Assembly: GCA_965222225.1 (NCBI GenBank)
Contig: CBDCTK010000002.1
Coordinates: 4,032,001-4,096,000 of the forward strand
Direction: 5' to 3'
Source of the DNA: Candidatus Poribacteria bacterium
Lineage (GTDB): Bacteria; Poribacteria; WGA-4E; JAJDTR01
Length of the DNA stretch: 64,000 nt
Each line of letters begins with the position of its first letter. The first letter of the stretch is position 1. Both the position numbers and the translations under genes were made by a program. The notes below the pieces were generated by a model. That model was given only the letters and a program-made list of their open reading frames with translations, made no database searches and had not been told where the DNA came from. Of the stretch, positions 31,244-43,123 are shown in pieces.

Positions 31244-31562
31244 TTTTTCCTATTGGTGTAGCAGTTTCATGCGGATTCAACCGCATGGCAATTTTTCCGG
31301 CGGTTCTTGCGCTATTTGCCCAAAAGTGGTATAACTTGCGTACTTCCGGCAACCAATCCATTTCTCTAAAATGACAATGTATCCCTGGGGTGAATTAAAG
31401 TCGCGATTCGGAGATCGCTCCTACCGGGTGTTCAACTGCGTATGTCCTGACACAATCCCGAACAATTGGAAAACTGTTTCATACGGAAACTTGGAATCGG
31501 CACATCTGAAGGGAAATTGCCGCGATAACACGAAGAGGCGTCGATTCCAAGTTTCCGGCTGA

Positions 31563-33926
31563 CTAGCTCATCCCCAACAAATCGCCGATTACCGTACCGT
31601 ATTTGGCGATTAACCCGGCAAATACGACGGAAACCATGGACATCAGTTTAATCAGGATATTCAGCGAAGGGCCGGATGTGTCTTTGAACGGATCGCCGAC
31701 GGTGTCGCCTACCACGGTGGCTTTGTGGTTTTCGGAGCCTTTGCCGCCATATGCGCCTTGCTCAATATATTTCTTGGCGTTATCCCAGGCGCCGCCTGCG
31801 TTCGCCATCATCACCGCGAGGACAAATCCGGTCGTAAGCCCGCCGGCGAGTAGACCGAGAACTCCCGCGACGTTGAAGACAAGTCCCACCGCTACAGGCA
31901 CGATAATCGCGATGAGTGACGGGAAAATCATCTCTTTCTGTGCGCCAGTTGTGGAGATTGCCACACATGTAGCATAGTCGGGCTTTACTTCGCCCTTCAT
32001 GATACCGGGGTTTTCACGGAATTGCCGACGTACCTCCTGCACCATGGCTCCTGCGGCGCGTCCGACAGCCTTCATGGTCAACGCGCAGAAGAAAAATGCC
32101 ATAACCGCCCCGATAAACAAGCCAATCAAGACTTGAGGGTTCATCAACGTCACGTCGTAGTAAGTCATGAACTGAGAAATACTCACCTCTAAAGTATCTA
32201 CTGAGCCCACGCCAGGGATGTCGAGGTGCGTTTTACCCGCAAGGTGCACCAAGCCGTACCGAACCTCCTCTAAGTAGGCGGCGAGGAGTGCAAGTGCGGT
32301 CAGCGCAGCGGAACCGATGGCAAACCCCTTACCGGTTGCGGCAGTCGTGTTGCCGAGCGAATCCAACTGATCTGTCCGCTGACGGACGGCTGGGTCGAGA
32401 TCAGCCATCTCGGCGTTACCCCCCGCATTGTCGGCAATCGGTCCGTAGGCATCGGTCGCAAGCGTAATTCCGAGTGTTGCGAGCATACCGACCGCTGCAA
32501 TGCCAACGCCGTACAATCCCATTAAGGTGTCATCGGCGCCGCCCGGCAGATAAAAGCTGACAGCGACGGCCGCAATAATTGTTAGTACGGGAATGGCGGT
32601 TGACTGCATACCCACGGCGATTCCCTCAATAATTACTGTCGCTGGGCCAGTTTCTGATTGCTTGGCAATGCCTTGCGTAGGACTGTAGTCGTGGGATGTG
32701 TAGACTTCGGTAACTTTACCGATTATCAAGCCCGCGGACAAACCTGCCACAATCGCGCCCCAAATTTGCCATTTGTTCGGCAGGTCCAAATACATCAGCA
32801 CCAGGATTGCCAGTATAGCAATCCCAACTGCGCTACCGTTGATACCCAGATTGAGCGCCCCCATCAACTGCTTCATACTCGCGCCTTCTTTGGTGCGCAC
32901 CATGTAGATTCCCAACACGGACAGAATCACGCCGATACCCGCCAGTACCATCGGCGCCGATAGGTACTTCAACTGAAGCGCGATGTTATCGTGATCCTTG
33001 GCGGCTACGGCAGCGACGCCGAGTGCGGCGGTAGCCAAGATTGAGCCGGCATAAGATTCGTAGAGATCCGCTCCCATGCCTGCGACATCACCCACGTTGT
33101 CGCCGACGTTGTCCGCGATGACCGCTGGATTGCGCGGATCGTCTTCGGGAATGCCCGCCTCCACCTTGCCTACCAGATCGGCGCCCACATCAGCCGCCTT
33201 GGTGTAGATGCCGCCGCCCACACGAGCGAAGAGTGCTTGCGTTGAAGCCCCCATACCGAAACTCAACATGATTACGGTGATTTGGGGTAGAGGGTTTTCT
33301 CCCAAGAAGCCGGGGAAAATCTTTGGGAACAGATAGTAGAGGATTAGAAACCAGCCCGCGATGTCCAATAGAGCAAAACCGACGACCACCAATCCCATCA
33401 CAGCGCCCGCGCGAAAAGCGACTCGCAGCCCCGCGTTGAGTCCGTCCATTGCGGCGCACGTTGTGCGGGCAGACGCGTTAGTGGCGGTCTTCATTCCCAG
33501 AAATCCGCAAAGCCCCGAGAAAAATCCTCCCGTCAGGAACGCAAACGGGACGACCTTGTTTTGAGCGTGCAGCCCAAAAGCCATGATGAGGAAAATGACG
33601 CACAGCACGATAAAGACGATTGTCACCACTTTATACTGTTGTCGCAGGTAAGCCATCGCCCCGTCGCGCACTGCCTGCGCAATCTCACGCATGACATCCG
33701 TTCCTTCACTCTGCTTCATGACGGATTTGTAAAAAACGAACGCAAACACCAAAGCAACAATCGAACCGATTAGCGTAATCCACCAAGCGTCCGGCACAGG
33801 CGGAAGCTTCCCATCCGTTTGGGCAAGAGCGAAATTGGTTACGACCATGCTCAACAATAAGACAAGAAATATCAGGCATCGCCGGTTTATCCGACGACAC
33901 CACTTTCGTTGAGGATTTTCTGACAT
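31563..33926 (-). CDS. hppA: Membrane-bound ion-translocating pyrophosphatase, K+-dependent type
   Basis: [26 protein letters not shown] (Ala variant is K+-dependent), [10 protein letters not shown]. Confidence 0.95.
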   Translation of the reverse strand: MSENPQRKWCRRINRRCLIFLVLLLSMVVTNFALAQTDGKLPPVPDAWWITLIGSIVALVFAFVFYKSVMKQSEGTDVMREIAQAVRDGAMAYLRQQYKVVTIVFIVLCVIFLIMAFGLHAQNKVVPFAFLTGGFFSGLCGFLGMKTATNASARTTCAAMDGLNAGLRVAFRAGAVMGLVVVGFALLDIAGWFLILYYLFPKIFPGFLGENPLPQITVIMLSFGMGASTQALFARVGGGIYTKAADVGADLVGKVEAGIPEDDPRNPAVIADNVGDNVGDVAGMGADLYESYAGSILATAALGVAAVAAKDHDNIALQLKYLSAPMVLAGIGVILSVLGIYMVRTKEGASMKQLMGALNLGINGSAVGIAILAILVLMYLDLPNKWQIWGAIVAGLSAGLIIGKVTEVYTSHDYSPTQGIAKQSETGPATVIIEGIAVGMQSTAIPVLTIIAAVAVSFYLPGGADDTLMGLYGVGIAAVGMLATLGITLATDAYGPIADNAGGNAEMADLDPAVRQRTDQLDSLGNTTAATGKGFAIGSAALTALALLAAYLEEVRYGLVHLAGKTHLDIPGVGSVDTLEVSISQFMTYYDVTLMNPQVLIGLFIGAVMAFFFCALTMKAVGRAAGAMVQEVRRQFRENPGIMKGEVKPDYATCVAISTTGAQKEMIFPSLIAIIVPVAVGLVFNVAGVLGLLAGGLTTGFVLAVMMANAGGAWDNAKKYIEQGAYGGKGSENHKATVVGDTVGDPFKDTSGPSLNILIKLMSMVSVVFAGLIAKYGTVIGDLLGMS

Positions 33927-34073
33927 TGCAACTCCTTTTTCTAAAGTGTGGTATAAACAACTCTCAATGGGCGACAGATCGCCCCACCAAAGTAACAGTT
34001 TCTAGATTGCATAAGATTGTGCAATTTGTCGCGATTCGGAGATCGCTCCTACCAGTGTGCTTCCCGTGGGAGG

Positions 34074-34120
34074 AATCAAGGGAACGGATAGTGACCGCGA
34101 TAGAATTCCCATAGAGATCC
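34074..34120 (-). mobile_element. VB unit with an extra head, in a REP pair
   Basis: aatcaa-gg-ga-ac-ggata-gt-ga-cc-gcgatag-aattccc-atag-agatcc. Confidence 0.85.
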
Positions 34121-34230
34121 TCTCCGATTCCCGACATCACGAAGGCATTCCAATTCCCGACGATAGCTCGCGATTCGGAGATCGCTCCTACAAACCATTT
34201 GGTGTTCAACTGCGCAAATCCTAACGTTTA

Positions 34231-35583
34231 TTAAACTAGCCCCAACGCCTGCGCCGCCTCCCCAACAAGTATCATCGACCCCGTTATACAAATCAGGTCA
34301 CTTGGACTCGCGACTGATTTTGCTGTTGCAATCGCATCGCTAACCGATTGACTGATTCGGAGATCAGCTCCAATGTCCGACCACGTGCGGACGATTTCGT
34401 CAGCGCCGACAGCGCGAGGGTTGTCCCACATCTCGGTCGCGATGATTGTGTTCGACATAGGACATAGCAACTGCCCGATTCCTCGCAAGTCTTTGTCCCT
34501 CATGAATCCGACGATGAGGATTAGCTTTTCATAGTGAAAAACTTCTCCGATTGTGCCACATAACATCTCCACCGACGCCGGAGAGTGTGCGCCATCAAGC
34601 AGTATAGCGGGTGCGCCCCCAACCAACTGCAAACGACCGGGTAAACGTGCCTCCTTCAACCCGCCGTATACGCCCGCTGTGGAGATTTCATATCCCGACG
34701 CTTGAATCCTGTCGATACATGCGATAGCTGTCGCCGCGTTGATTGCTTGATGCACCCCCAATAGCGGCAAAAAGAGGTCTGGGTAAGATTCCTTCGGGGT
34801 GCGGACATCGAATGTCTGCCCATGAATATCGTGCACCCCGTGTTCCCATGTTACGTCCCGTCCGACCAGAGAGATAGGCGCGTTCCGATCTGCGGCCACA
34901 ACTTCAAAAACCGATTGCGCCTCCTCGGACTGCGGCGCAAGCACAACCGGGCGGTTCGGCTTGATAATTTCCGCCTTTTCCTTCGCAATGGCTTCGTGCG
35001 TGTTCCCCAAGATTGTCGTGTGCTCCAAGCTGATTGGGGTGATGACACTCACGAGCGGATTAACGATGTTGGTCGCATCCAGGCGCCCCCCGAGTCCGAC
35101 CTCGATAACCGCAAAATCTACCCCTTGGTCGGCAAAATAGGTAAACGCAAGCGCCGTATATATTTCAAAGAAAGAGACATCTCCGATTCCGTCTATCCCC
35201 GAAACCGCCTCTATCTCCGGCGTGAGCCGATTCACGCAATAGGCGAACGCGGCCACCGAGATAAGATTCGAGTCGATGCGACAGCGTTCGCGCGGGGTCA
35301 CCAGATGGGGAGAGGTAAACAAGCCCGTCTTGAAACCGGCATGGCTAAGTATCGACGCGATGAATGTAGCCGTGGATCCTTTGCCTTTGCTGCCGGCGAC
35401 ATGAACCACCTTGAGATTGCGGTGCGGATTCCCAAGTCGATTTAAGAGGCGAGAGATACGATCGAGGTTATAAAGGCGTGCTAGTCTGGAGAAATCGGGA
35501 CTTCTCTCGGCGTTGATAAAGGAATTGATATAGGCAAGTGCCTCTTCATAATTCAACATCATGTGAAACGCAAAGAATGGCAC
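34231..35583 (-). CDS. folC: Folylpolyglutamate/dihydrofolate synthase
   Basis: HVAGSKGKGS, FTSPHL, EVGLGGRLDATN, LDGAH. Confidence 0.93.
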   Translation of the reverse strand: MPFFAFHMMLNYEEALAYINSFINAERSPDFSRLARLYNLDRISRLLNRLGNPHRNLKVVHVAGSKGKGSTATFIASILSHAGFKTGLFTSPHLVTPRERCRIDSNLISVAAFAYCVNRLTPEIEAVSGIDGIGDVSFFEIYTALAFTYFADQGVDFAVIEVGLGGRLDATNIVNPLVSVITPISLEHTTILGNTHEAIAKEKAEIIKPNRPVVLAPQSEEAQSVFEVVAADRNAPISLVGRDVTWEHGVHDIHGQTFDVRTPKESYPDLFLPLLGVHQAINAATAIACIDRIQASGYEISTAGVYGGLKEARLPGRLQLVGGAPAILLDGAHSPASVEMLCGTIGEVFHYEKLILIVGFMRDKDLRGIGQLLCPMSNTIIATEMWDNPRAVGADEIVRTWSDIGADLRISQSVSDAIATAKSVASPSDLICITGSMILVGEAAQALGLV

Positions 35584-35600
35584 ATCGTGCGGCGTACAGT

Positions 35601-36875
35601 TTACGGCAAGAGACGAAGATCTTCATAGACGGGGAACTGGTGGGAAAGCTCTAAAACCTTAGCCTTGACACGTTTCTTGACTTCCGAGTCGCGCCGGCCT
35701 TCGAGTGTTTCGGTGATTAAATCGGCGATTACCCTCATTTCTGTCTCCTGCATCCCGCGTGTCGTCACCATCGGGGTACCGAGGCGGATACCGCTCGTTG
35801 TCACGGCTGAACGCTTGTCGAAGGGGATTGTATTCTTATTGACGATAATTCCCGATTCCTCAAGATGGTCTGCCGCTTGCCGTCCGCTTAATTTCTCATA
35901 CGATGTGCTCAGGTCGATTAACATCAAGTGATTCTCCGTGCCGCCGGTGATTGAACGAAGTCCGTTCGAATTGAGAGTCTCTGCCATCGCCTGCGCATTC
36001 TTGACCACTTGCGTCTGGTATTCTTTGAAGGCGGGTTCCATCGCTTCCTTGAAGGCAACCGCTTTGGCGGCTATGGAGTGCATGAACGGACCGCCCTGCA
36101 ACCCGGGAAACACAGCCCGATCAATGGCTTCGGCAAATTCTTGCCGGCACATCACCATAGCGCCGCGCGGTCCGCGCAAGGTTTTGTGCGTTGTCGTGGT
36201 TATCACGTCGCAATACGGAGCCGGGTCGGGATGGACATCTGCGGCGATAAGCCCGGCGATGTGGGCGATGTCAGCCAAGAGATACGCATTCACGGAATCG
36301 GCAATCGCTCGCCATTCCGCGAAATCGAACCGGCGCGAATAAGCTGTGGCGCCAACCACAATCAGCTTCGGGCGATGCTGCTCCGCGAGTTCCCCGACGG
36401 CGTTCATGTCGATGCGTTCCGTCTCGGGATCAACGCCATAGTGAACAATATTGTAGTACCTGCCCGAGAAGTTCTGCTTCAGCCCATGGCTCAGATGCCC
36501 GCCGTGATCGAGCTTCAGCGACAGAATGGTGTCGCCCGGTTCCAAAATCGCGTGGTAGGCAGCCATATTCGCCTGAGTGCCGGCGTGCGGTTGAACATTT
36601 ACATGGTCAACGCCGAAGAGTTGCTTGGCGCGATTTATCGCCAAGGATTCGACGCCATCCATGAACTGACAACCGTTATAGTAACGCGCTGCCGGATAAC
36701 CCTCGGCATACTTGTTCGCCAAGATGCTGCCCTGTGCCTGCATCACGGCTATACTGGCGTAATTCTCGGAAGGGATTAAGGTGAGGCAATTCTGCTGGCG
36801 TTCCAGATCCTGGAGCGTTATTTCGACAAGTTCGGGGTCAACTTCGTGGAGCGACCTATCCATCAAATTTTCCAA
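35601..36875 (-). CDS. glyA: Serine hydroxymethyltransferase
   Basis: [27 protein letters not shown]. Confidence 0.97.
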   Translation of the reverse strand: MENLMDRSLHEVDPELVEITLQDLERQQNCLTLIPSENYASIAVMQAQGSILANKYAEGYPAARYYNGCQFMDGVESLAINRAKQLFGVDHVNVQPHAGTQANMAAYHAILEPGDTILSLKLDHGGHLSHGLKQNFSGRYYNIVHYGVDPETERIDMNAVGELAEQHRPKLIVVGATAYSRRFDFAEWRAIADSVNAYLLADIAHIAGLIAADVHPDPAPYCDVITTTTHKTLRGPRGAMVMCRQEFAEAIDRAVFPGLQGGPFMHSIAAKAVAFKEAMEPAFKEYQTQVVKNAQAMAETLNSNGLRSITGGTENHLMLIDLSTSYEKLSGRQAADHLEESGIIVNKNTIPFDKRSAVTTSGIRLGTPMVTTRGMQETEMRVIADLITETLEGRRDSEVKKRVKAKVLELSHQFPVYEDLRLLP

Positions 36876-36959
36876 TATTCCACCGTGCTTCCGGATTCAA
36901 TTCTACGGCAAACATCCTATTGTCAACGACAATCTTCAATCGTCAAAATTTAACGATTA

Positions 36960-37050
36960 TTATGCGGTCGATTCATACCATCCCGGAGGGAAAAAATTGT
37001 ATCACAGATATTAGGCAGTTTCAAGTAAAATATCCGGCGCATCGCGCAGT
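36960..37050 (+). repeat. About 90-bp dispersed repeat, second copy near 40263-40352
   Basis: Both copies share cacagata.taggc.gtttcaagtaaaatatccggcgcatcgc.cag. Confidence 0.7.
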
Positions 37051-37346
37051 CCCAATGCGCCGTTCCGCCGATAAAAATTCGAGACTTGAACCACTGGACG
37101 TGCGTAGGTTGGGTTGAACGGGAATCCATGAGAAATCACACGCGGAAGAAAGGTTCTCGAGATTTCATCCCACCAAAGAAATGCTGGAATTCGAGTGAAA
37201 CCCAACACGTTATCGCACACGCAGCAGTTGGGTTTCGCTATATTCGTGAAGACGAGTGGGGCACTGGAAAGCCGAATTCTCCTTTGAAACGCGATAGAAC
37301 TTGGTTATTGATTGCTCAACCCAACCTACAGAAGACCCGCAATAAC

Positions 37347-37446
37347 GGGATTTCTATGGGATCGCTATCGCCCTAAGAGCTCTATCGCATTCGCTAATCG
37401 CTCATTTGATCCTATCCGGTCGGTTGATCTATTCGCTCCCTTTATC
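37347..37446 (+). mobile_element. Nested VB-unit cluster
   Basis: gggatttctat gggatcgctatcgc... ctatcgc-at-tc-gc-taatc-gc-tc-at-ttgatc ctatcc-gg-tc-gg-ttgatc tattc-gc-tc-cc-tttatc. Confidence 0.8.
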
Positions 37447-37566
37447 CCCGCCCACTCGCAAAACCGACGCTACTCAAAGCAGTCGGGTCGGTTGTAAATT
37501 CGAACACTTGTTTTTTTACTTCTGCGAATATCTCCCAACTCACCGATAGGGAGGTTAGCTCCTTTT

Positions 37567-39574
37567 CTATTTCAAGATCAGCATCTTCCGCGTAGCGGAA
37601 AAATCCCCTGTGGTCAAGTGATAGAAATACACGCCACTTGCCACCCCTTCACCGAAGTTGTTGCGACCATCCCAGTACGCCGCCCTCCCCCGATCGGCAT
37701 AATACCCCGCCAACCGATGCCCCAAATCCAGCCGACGAACCATGAAACCACTGGCATCATAAATCGTCAGAGCGACCTCCGCATCTCTTGAGAGTTGGTA
37801 AGGTATCCACGTCTCCGGGTTGAACGGATTCGGATAGTTTGGCAACAATGCCGTCTCCTCTGGTGTCAAGGTGGCCTTGAGTTACTCTAGCAGCAGCACA
37901 CCCATTTGGGTCGTTGCATCCGTCAAGTCTAGCGTTTGCGCTTGAGCCAACCACTGTCCCACTTCTGTAGCCGTCAGCATCGCCAGTGCTCGTGGATCTG
38001 CGGACGGCGCCGCCGCGTTCCCAAACGCACCCGCAACCAACACCAAATCCAGGATGTTAACAACGCCATCCCTATTGACATCCGCCGCCAAGTCTGCCCC
38101 CGCATCGCCGAGATTCGACGCCACCGACACCAAATCCAAGATATTCACCACATCGTCCTCGTTCACATCCTCCGGAATCGGGGGAGGTTCGGCAGTTGCA
38201 TTAACGGACTGCTCCTCCAGTATCCCTGTTACAGATACAGTAACGGTGTTTATTCCCGGATTTGGTCCCAATGTTAGGATACTCTCCGCTCTACCGTTGC
38301 TATCGGTCATGGCGATTGTCGCACTGAGCGTCCCGCCGTCCGCCGTAACGGAGAATATGACCTGCGCACCTGGTAAGGGTTCGCCGGACTGGTCTCGCAC
38401 CTCCACCACAAACGCTTTTGCCAGCGCCGTCCCGGGCGCGCCCTGGTTGGTTGTCGCCCGAGATTATCTCCAATGACGTGGGTACTCGGACGCCTTCGGC
38501 GGTAAACGTCTGTTCACCCTGAACACCAGTTACAGTCACCACAACAGTGTTCGTTCCCGGTTCGGGATCCAACGTGAGCCTACTCTCTGCTCTGCCATTG
38601 GCATCAGTCGTGACGCTTGTCGCACTAAGCGTCCCACCCCCGCTGCTAACCGAGAATGTCACTTGAACCTCTGGTAAGGGTTGGTCGGATTGGTCTCGCA
38701 CCTCCACCACAAACGCTTTTTCAAGCGCCGTGCCCGGCGGTCCCTGTTGCTCGTCGCCCGAGATTATCTCTAGTTTCTTGGATGTCCGGATTCCTTCGGC
38801 GTTGAAGATTTGTTTTTCTTGAATCCCCGCAACAGACGCTTCAACGGTGTTTGTTTCCGCGCCTGGCCCTAACGTAAGAACGCTTTCCGTCCTGCCGTTG
38901 GCATTTGTCGTCGTGTTAGTGCTGCTGAGTGTCCCGCCGCCCGCCGTGACGGAGAATGTAACCGGCACCCCCTCAAACACAACACTATTCCCATCCTGCA
39001 CTTCAACGATAAACGGGCTTGCAAGTACTGCGTCAGGCGACCCCTCTTGGTCATCGCCTGAAACCATGCGAATTGTCCGGGGCATTCGGTTGTCGAAGAT
39101 TGCTTCAACCCCTCTTTCCTGTAAGGCAGGAATGTGTGTGCGGATGGATGCGTAGTTGAGTGAGTTTCCATGCACACCAACTTTGTCTTCACTCCCCAGC
39201 CCTGAGTTTGCTACTAGCGGCGAGAGGTCCGATATCGTGTTGCCCACAAGAGACAACCAAATCAGGTTGGTTAAGCCCGCCACAGGCGATATATCCGATA
39301 TCATGTTGTTCGCAAGGTTCAGGTTTGTCAGGTTGATGGCAAACTTCAACCCTGTTAAATTTCTAATATTGGCGTTTCTGGCTTCAAGGCGATCCAACGT
39401 TTCCATCTCGGCGGCGGTGATTGTGGCACCCGACGCTTTGTTGAGCGCCATCCCAATCGCAGCGCGGAGGTTGGAGTCGGGGATATCCACGACTTGTGCT
39501 GCTGTGGTTAGCGGTAGAGTAAGGAAAATTGACAGGAGAAAAGTGAATCGAAAAAGTTGTGTTTTCATTGACAT
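37567..39574 (-). pseudogene. Secreted LRR + Ig-like (Big_1) repeats + dockerin-like + T9SS-like C-terminal domain protein, disrupted
   Basis: Signal peptide, internalin-like LRRs, three SGDxQxG..VEV.D Ig repeats, DVNxDxVVNILDLV twice, NYPNPFNPET tail; +1 frameshift near 38445 (caa ccag ggc) and in-frame TAA at 37882-37884. Confidence 0.85.
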
Positions 39575-39928
39575 AGCTCCTATGAACTCCGTTTGTAGGG
39601 GATGTGGCTAGGCGCAGTAAATTTTCGGGGCATAGTGCGCGCACTCCAACGCCGACACAGGGTAACCAAAGGAGGCCTACGTGCTGAACACGGGATAATG
39701 CAGCAGGACTTACGCAAACAGCGAACAATGATAATTTTGGCAATAAATTCATGTTGCGGGGCTTTTGTAAGGATTTGAGATTATCAAATCGTAGATGGAA
39801 TCCCCTCAACGATCGTTATTCTCTACGGCGGCTCTAAGATCCTGTTTGAATAATAGGTGGCAAAGCAATTTCGGTCACTTTGGGCGCGGCTTTTTCATGT
39901 TTTTGTGGTCGCCTGCTATACACCTGTC

Positions 39929-39965
39929 AGGATTTCTATCGCACTCACTATTCGCTCGCTTGATC
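39929..39965 (+). mobile_element. Single VB unit in a GCCCC/GGGGCT palindrome
   Basis: aggatttctatcgc-ac-tc-ac-tattc-gc-tc-gc-ttgatc. Confidence 0.85.
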
Positions 39966-40098
39966 CCACGCTGGGGCTTAGATTCTTGGGTTTCGGCGTT
40001 TCTATAAACCTTCCGCCCCTCTGGGGCTTACAAAGGCTGGTGCGCAGTGCGCACCCTACGGGATTGCGCAAGAAAGAAATGGAGTTTTCAAGAAAAAA

Positions 40099-40135
40099 GG
40101 GATTTCTATCGCATTCGCTATTCGCTCATTTGATC
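40099..40135 (+). mobile_element. Single VB unit; empty-site homologue at 3714-3736
   Basis: ttttcaagaaaaaa [gggatttctatcgcattcgctattcgctcatttga] tcggtttc versus ttttcaagaaaaaactcggtttc. Confidence 0.9.
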
Positions 40136-40524
40136 GGTTTCAGAGCAAAAGTTCTACCCGAAATGAATTTTCAAACAGGCTTTAAGCAATCTTCGATCTG
40201 ACGGACGATTGAAAATCTTACTACCAACGTTTGCCTGTTCAACAGCGCAAGTCCCATCTTTATTATGCGGGCAATTCATATCGTCCAAGAAAAAAACTGT
40301 AGCACAGATACTAGGCGGTTTCAAGTAAAATATCCGGCGCATCGCACAGCCCGCAGGATAGGTTTAGCACATCGAAACAGACTACTTGGCACTCCATCGG
40401 CGTCCCGTTGCTGCTCGGTCTGGATTGACAAATCCAGACCGTTTTTCCTTCTCTTAAGAGGCGACATACCTAAACAAACCGGACTATCTCAAGATCTTGT
40501 TATTGCGCCCACTTTTGTAGGATT

Positions 40525-40614
40525 AATCAAGCGAGTGGACAGCGAAGGATCAAAGGAGCGAATAGCGACTGCGATAGTAAATCCTGATAACAAATCCCGT
40601 ACGATAGAGATCCC
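40525..40614 (-). mobile_element. Nested VB-unit cluster in a GTAGG REP
   Basis: Two ATCAA tails and three ATAG/ATAA..ATCC heads. Confidence 0.8.
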
Positions 40615-40800
40615 TCTCCAGATCGCGACTCCTGCAGTCGGGGTAAGATGCCCCTCCTACGGATACGGTTTGTCGGTAAGATTAGGCGAACGAATGGGAA
40701 GACGCGAAATATCGCAAATCTATCTATATGATGTGAATTCTGACAATCGAAGATTCGTTAGAATCACGTGCGAACGCCTCGGTACGGCACGAGATTTTCG

Positions 40801-40829
40801 TTGACGCGCGTTTTCGCGAATGCTATACT
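40801..40829 (+). promoter_or_regulatory. sigma70-like promoter
   Basis: TTGACG-17 bp-TATACT with extended TGn. Confidence 0.6.
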
Positions 40830-40923
40830 GCCGCTAGGTCTAGTCGCATCCTTCCCTCTGACGAGCGCCCCTCTTTCGCTGAAACACCGGCGCCGTCTCC
40901 CACACAATCTTTGAGGACTGTCA

Positions 40924-43122
40924 ATGGCTTGGCGTCTAATCCTTATTTTGTCCGTGCCTTTCATTGTGCTGCTCGGGTGCCAATCTCAAGATTCCCGGAA
41001 TACCCAAGATTCCGAGAGCACGAAGTCACCAGTTGAAAACTCACCCAAGTCAACCGGAAAGCTGAGCGCCCCCCAGACCCGCCCCGAAGATTGGGCGATG
41101 TTCATGCACGATGTGCATTTTTCAGGTAAGAGTCCGGATCAGACGCTCAAGCCGCCGCTAAAGCCGCGCTGGAAATTCAAGACCGGCGGTCCTATCCACG
41201 CAAGTCCCATTATTGTCGATGGCACGGTCTACGTCGGCTCGACGGATGGCAAACTGTACGCGCTTGATGCAAAGCAGTGGGGGGTGAAATGGACGTTCCG
41301 GAGCGGCGATGCCATCCGCTATGCCGCGGCGGTGTGGAACAATCACGTCTGCTTTAGTTCGAGAGACAATCATGTGTACGCCCTCGACGCCAAAACCGGC
41401 GAACTCGTTTGGAAATTCAAATCGGAGACTTGGATAGATTCACCGCCAATTATCTCCAACGGGCAGGTCTACATCGGTGCATTCACGCGCACGATTCACG
41501 TCATTAACGCAACAACGGGAGAAGCGGAGGGAAAACGCCGAAATCGCGTGCAGATTGACGGGATTGAATTCGGCTGTGCTCAAGGTAAATTGCGTCCAAT
41601 TATTCCTGAACACGAAGCTGAGTTGTGGCGGAGTTATGTGGATTACACCTACAGCTTTCCTGTCAGAGCCAATGGCGTGGTTTATATTGGCGCGCGAGAC
41701 AATCATATCCACGCCATCGACGCTGCATCGAAAAAGAAGGTCTGGTCATACGAGACGCGGGGGTTTGTTGACGCGGCTCCTGCGGTCTCCGATGGCTTGC
41801 TTTTCGTCACGTCCCATGATGGCTATGTATACGCCTTCGAGAATCGGACAACGGAATCCCCGCAACCGGATGAACGGCAAGTTGGAATCGTGGTGCACGA
41901 TGAGGCGCCTGTCTATCCTGCCAAAGACTCCGATTCGCCCGTGAAACTTCACCTCAACGACGGCGTCAAACTCCCCATTCTGAATGAAGGGGGTGGTTGG
42001 TATCAAGTTGAACTTCCGGACGGCGAATCCGGGTGGATGGACGAATTTGCCATCGGTAGGTTTGAAGAAACCGACGACGTGCAATTCAATACCTCGATTT
42101 GCTCCAACATCCGTACCTTGGAACTGATTGAGGGTGGTGAATATCCGTACTGGTCGCCCGACGGAAAAGCAATCGCGTTTTTCAAACGAACGAATCTCTC
42201 CGGTCAATATTGGAAAGCGAGCGAAATCTGGATTACGGATAGGGAAGCGAAGCGCTTTCGGAAGTTGTGCGAGGGGAGGTTCTACAATCCACACCTGTCA
42301 TGGACATTCAACGGCAATCTGCTCGCGTTTGAGGCACGTAAAGAGGGTGAGAGCGAAGTATGGACATTTGATCTGAAAACCGCGCGTCTAACCAACCTCG
42401 TGAGCGGCGATGCACCGGTATGGTCGCCAGTCGCGAACAAACTCGCGTTCAGGCGGTGGGAAAAAGGGTTCGATGTCGTGTATCGAATCAACAGCGATAC
42501 AACCGGCTTGGCGCCAATTGCTCGTATCCCGATTGAAGGAAGGGTCGGCGCGTTCAGTTTTTTGGATAAGCCGTCTTGGTCGCCGGACGGAGAGCGAATC
42601 GCCATTGGGCTGGATCACCAGCACTACAAGTCGGGGTACGCCCGCATTCGATTGCAGAACGTCAACGGAACAAGGCTCGGAGAGATACGTACCCAGCATC
42701 AGCGCGTCAAGCAGATCAATTGGTCGGCGGACGGAACAGAACTTGCCTATGTGCTGCTCGGAAGTATTCGCCCCGACCGATTGCTGGACAAACGCCTTCA
42801 CGTCACGGATGTCAATGAACGAAGCCGCACAAGGATTCTCAAACACACGTCGCCGTCATGGTCGCCCCAAGGAAAGTACCTCGCCTATATGGAGCGTGAG
42901 GATTGTATGGGCTTGCAATGGAAGGTGTGGATACTTGATATGGAAACGAATCGGAAGCGGGCTGTTGCACGAGCGGCGGGGGTTCTCACCTCCATTACAT
43001 GGTTGCCCGGAGGGAAACAACTCTGTCTATGGCACACCTCCGACTACCTGCGCGGCGGAGAGTATAAACCCGCCACGACCAAGGGATGGGTTGCGGATGT
43101 CGCCGTGGTGCCGGTGCGTTGA
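40924..43122 (+). CDS. Lipoprotein: PQQ/BamB-like propeller + SH3b + TolB-like (PD40) propeller
   Basis: Lipobox LLG-C; YVGSTDGKLYALDA..W repeats; GWYQVELPDGESGW; WSPDG repeats. Confidence 0.8.
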   Translation: MAWRLILILSVPFIVLLGCQSQDSRNTQDSESTKSPVENSPKSTGKLSAPQTRPEDWAMFMHDVHFSGKSPDQTLKPPLKPRWKFKTGGPIHASPIIVDGTVYVGSTDGKLYALDAKQWGVKWTFRSGDAIRYAAAVWNNHVCFSSRDNHVYALDAKTGELVWKFKSETWIDSPPIISNGQVYIGAFTRTIHVINATTGEAEGKRRNRVQIDGIEFGCAQGKLRPIIPEHEAELWRSYVDYTYSFPVRANGVVYIGARDNHIHAIDAASKKKVWSYETRGFVDAAPAVSDGLLFVTSHDGYVYAFENRTTESPQPDERQVGIVVHDEAPVYPAKDSDSPVKLHLNDGVKLPILNEGGGWYQVELPDGESGWMDEFAIGRFEETDDVQFNTSICSNIRTLELIEGGEYPYWSPDGKAIAFFKRTNLSGQYWKASEIWITDREAKRFRKLCEGRFYNPHLSWTFNGNLLAFEARKEGESEVWTFDLKTARLTNLVSGDAPVWSPVANKLAFRRWEKGFDVVYRINSDTTGLAPIARIPIEGRVGAFSFLDKPSWSPDGERIAIGLDHQHYKSGYARIRLQNVNGTRLGEIRTQHQRVKQINWSADGTELAYVLLGSIRPDRLLDKRLHVTDVNERSRTRILKHTSPSWSPQGKYLAYMEREDCMGLQWKVWILDMETNRKRAVARAAGVLTSITWLPGGKQLCLWHTSDYLRGGEYKPATTKGWVADVAVVPVR

Positions 43123-43123
43123 G

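Noticed and set aside
36876-37100. Riboswitch (ZTP, THF or glycine) upstream of glyA
   Set aside because: No recognisable consensus; the region is occupied by dispersed repeats.
37882-37884. In-frame stop in the LRR/Ig gene as a recoding event
   Set aside because: It is TAA at a probable Gln position in a gene that also has a frameshift; decay explains it better.
40850-40905. CTGACGA...GAAAC hammerhead-like core
   Set aside because: Stem II closing pairs and stems I and III do not form convincingly.
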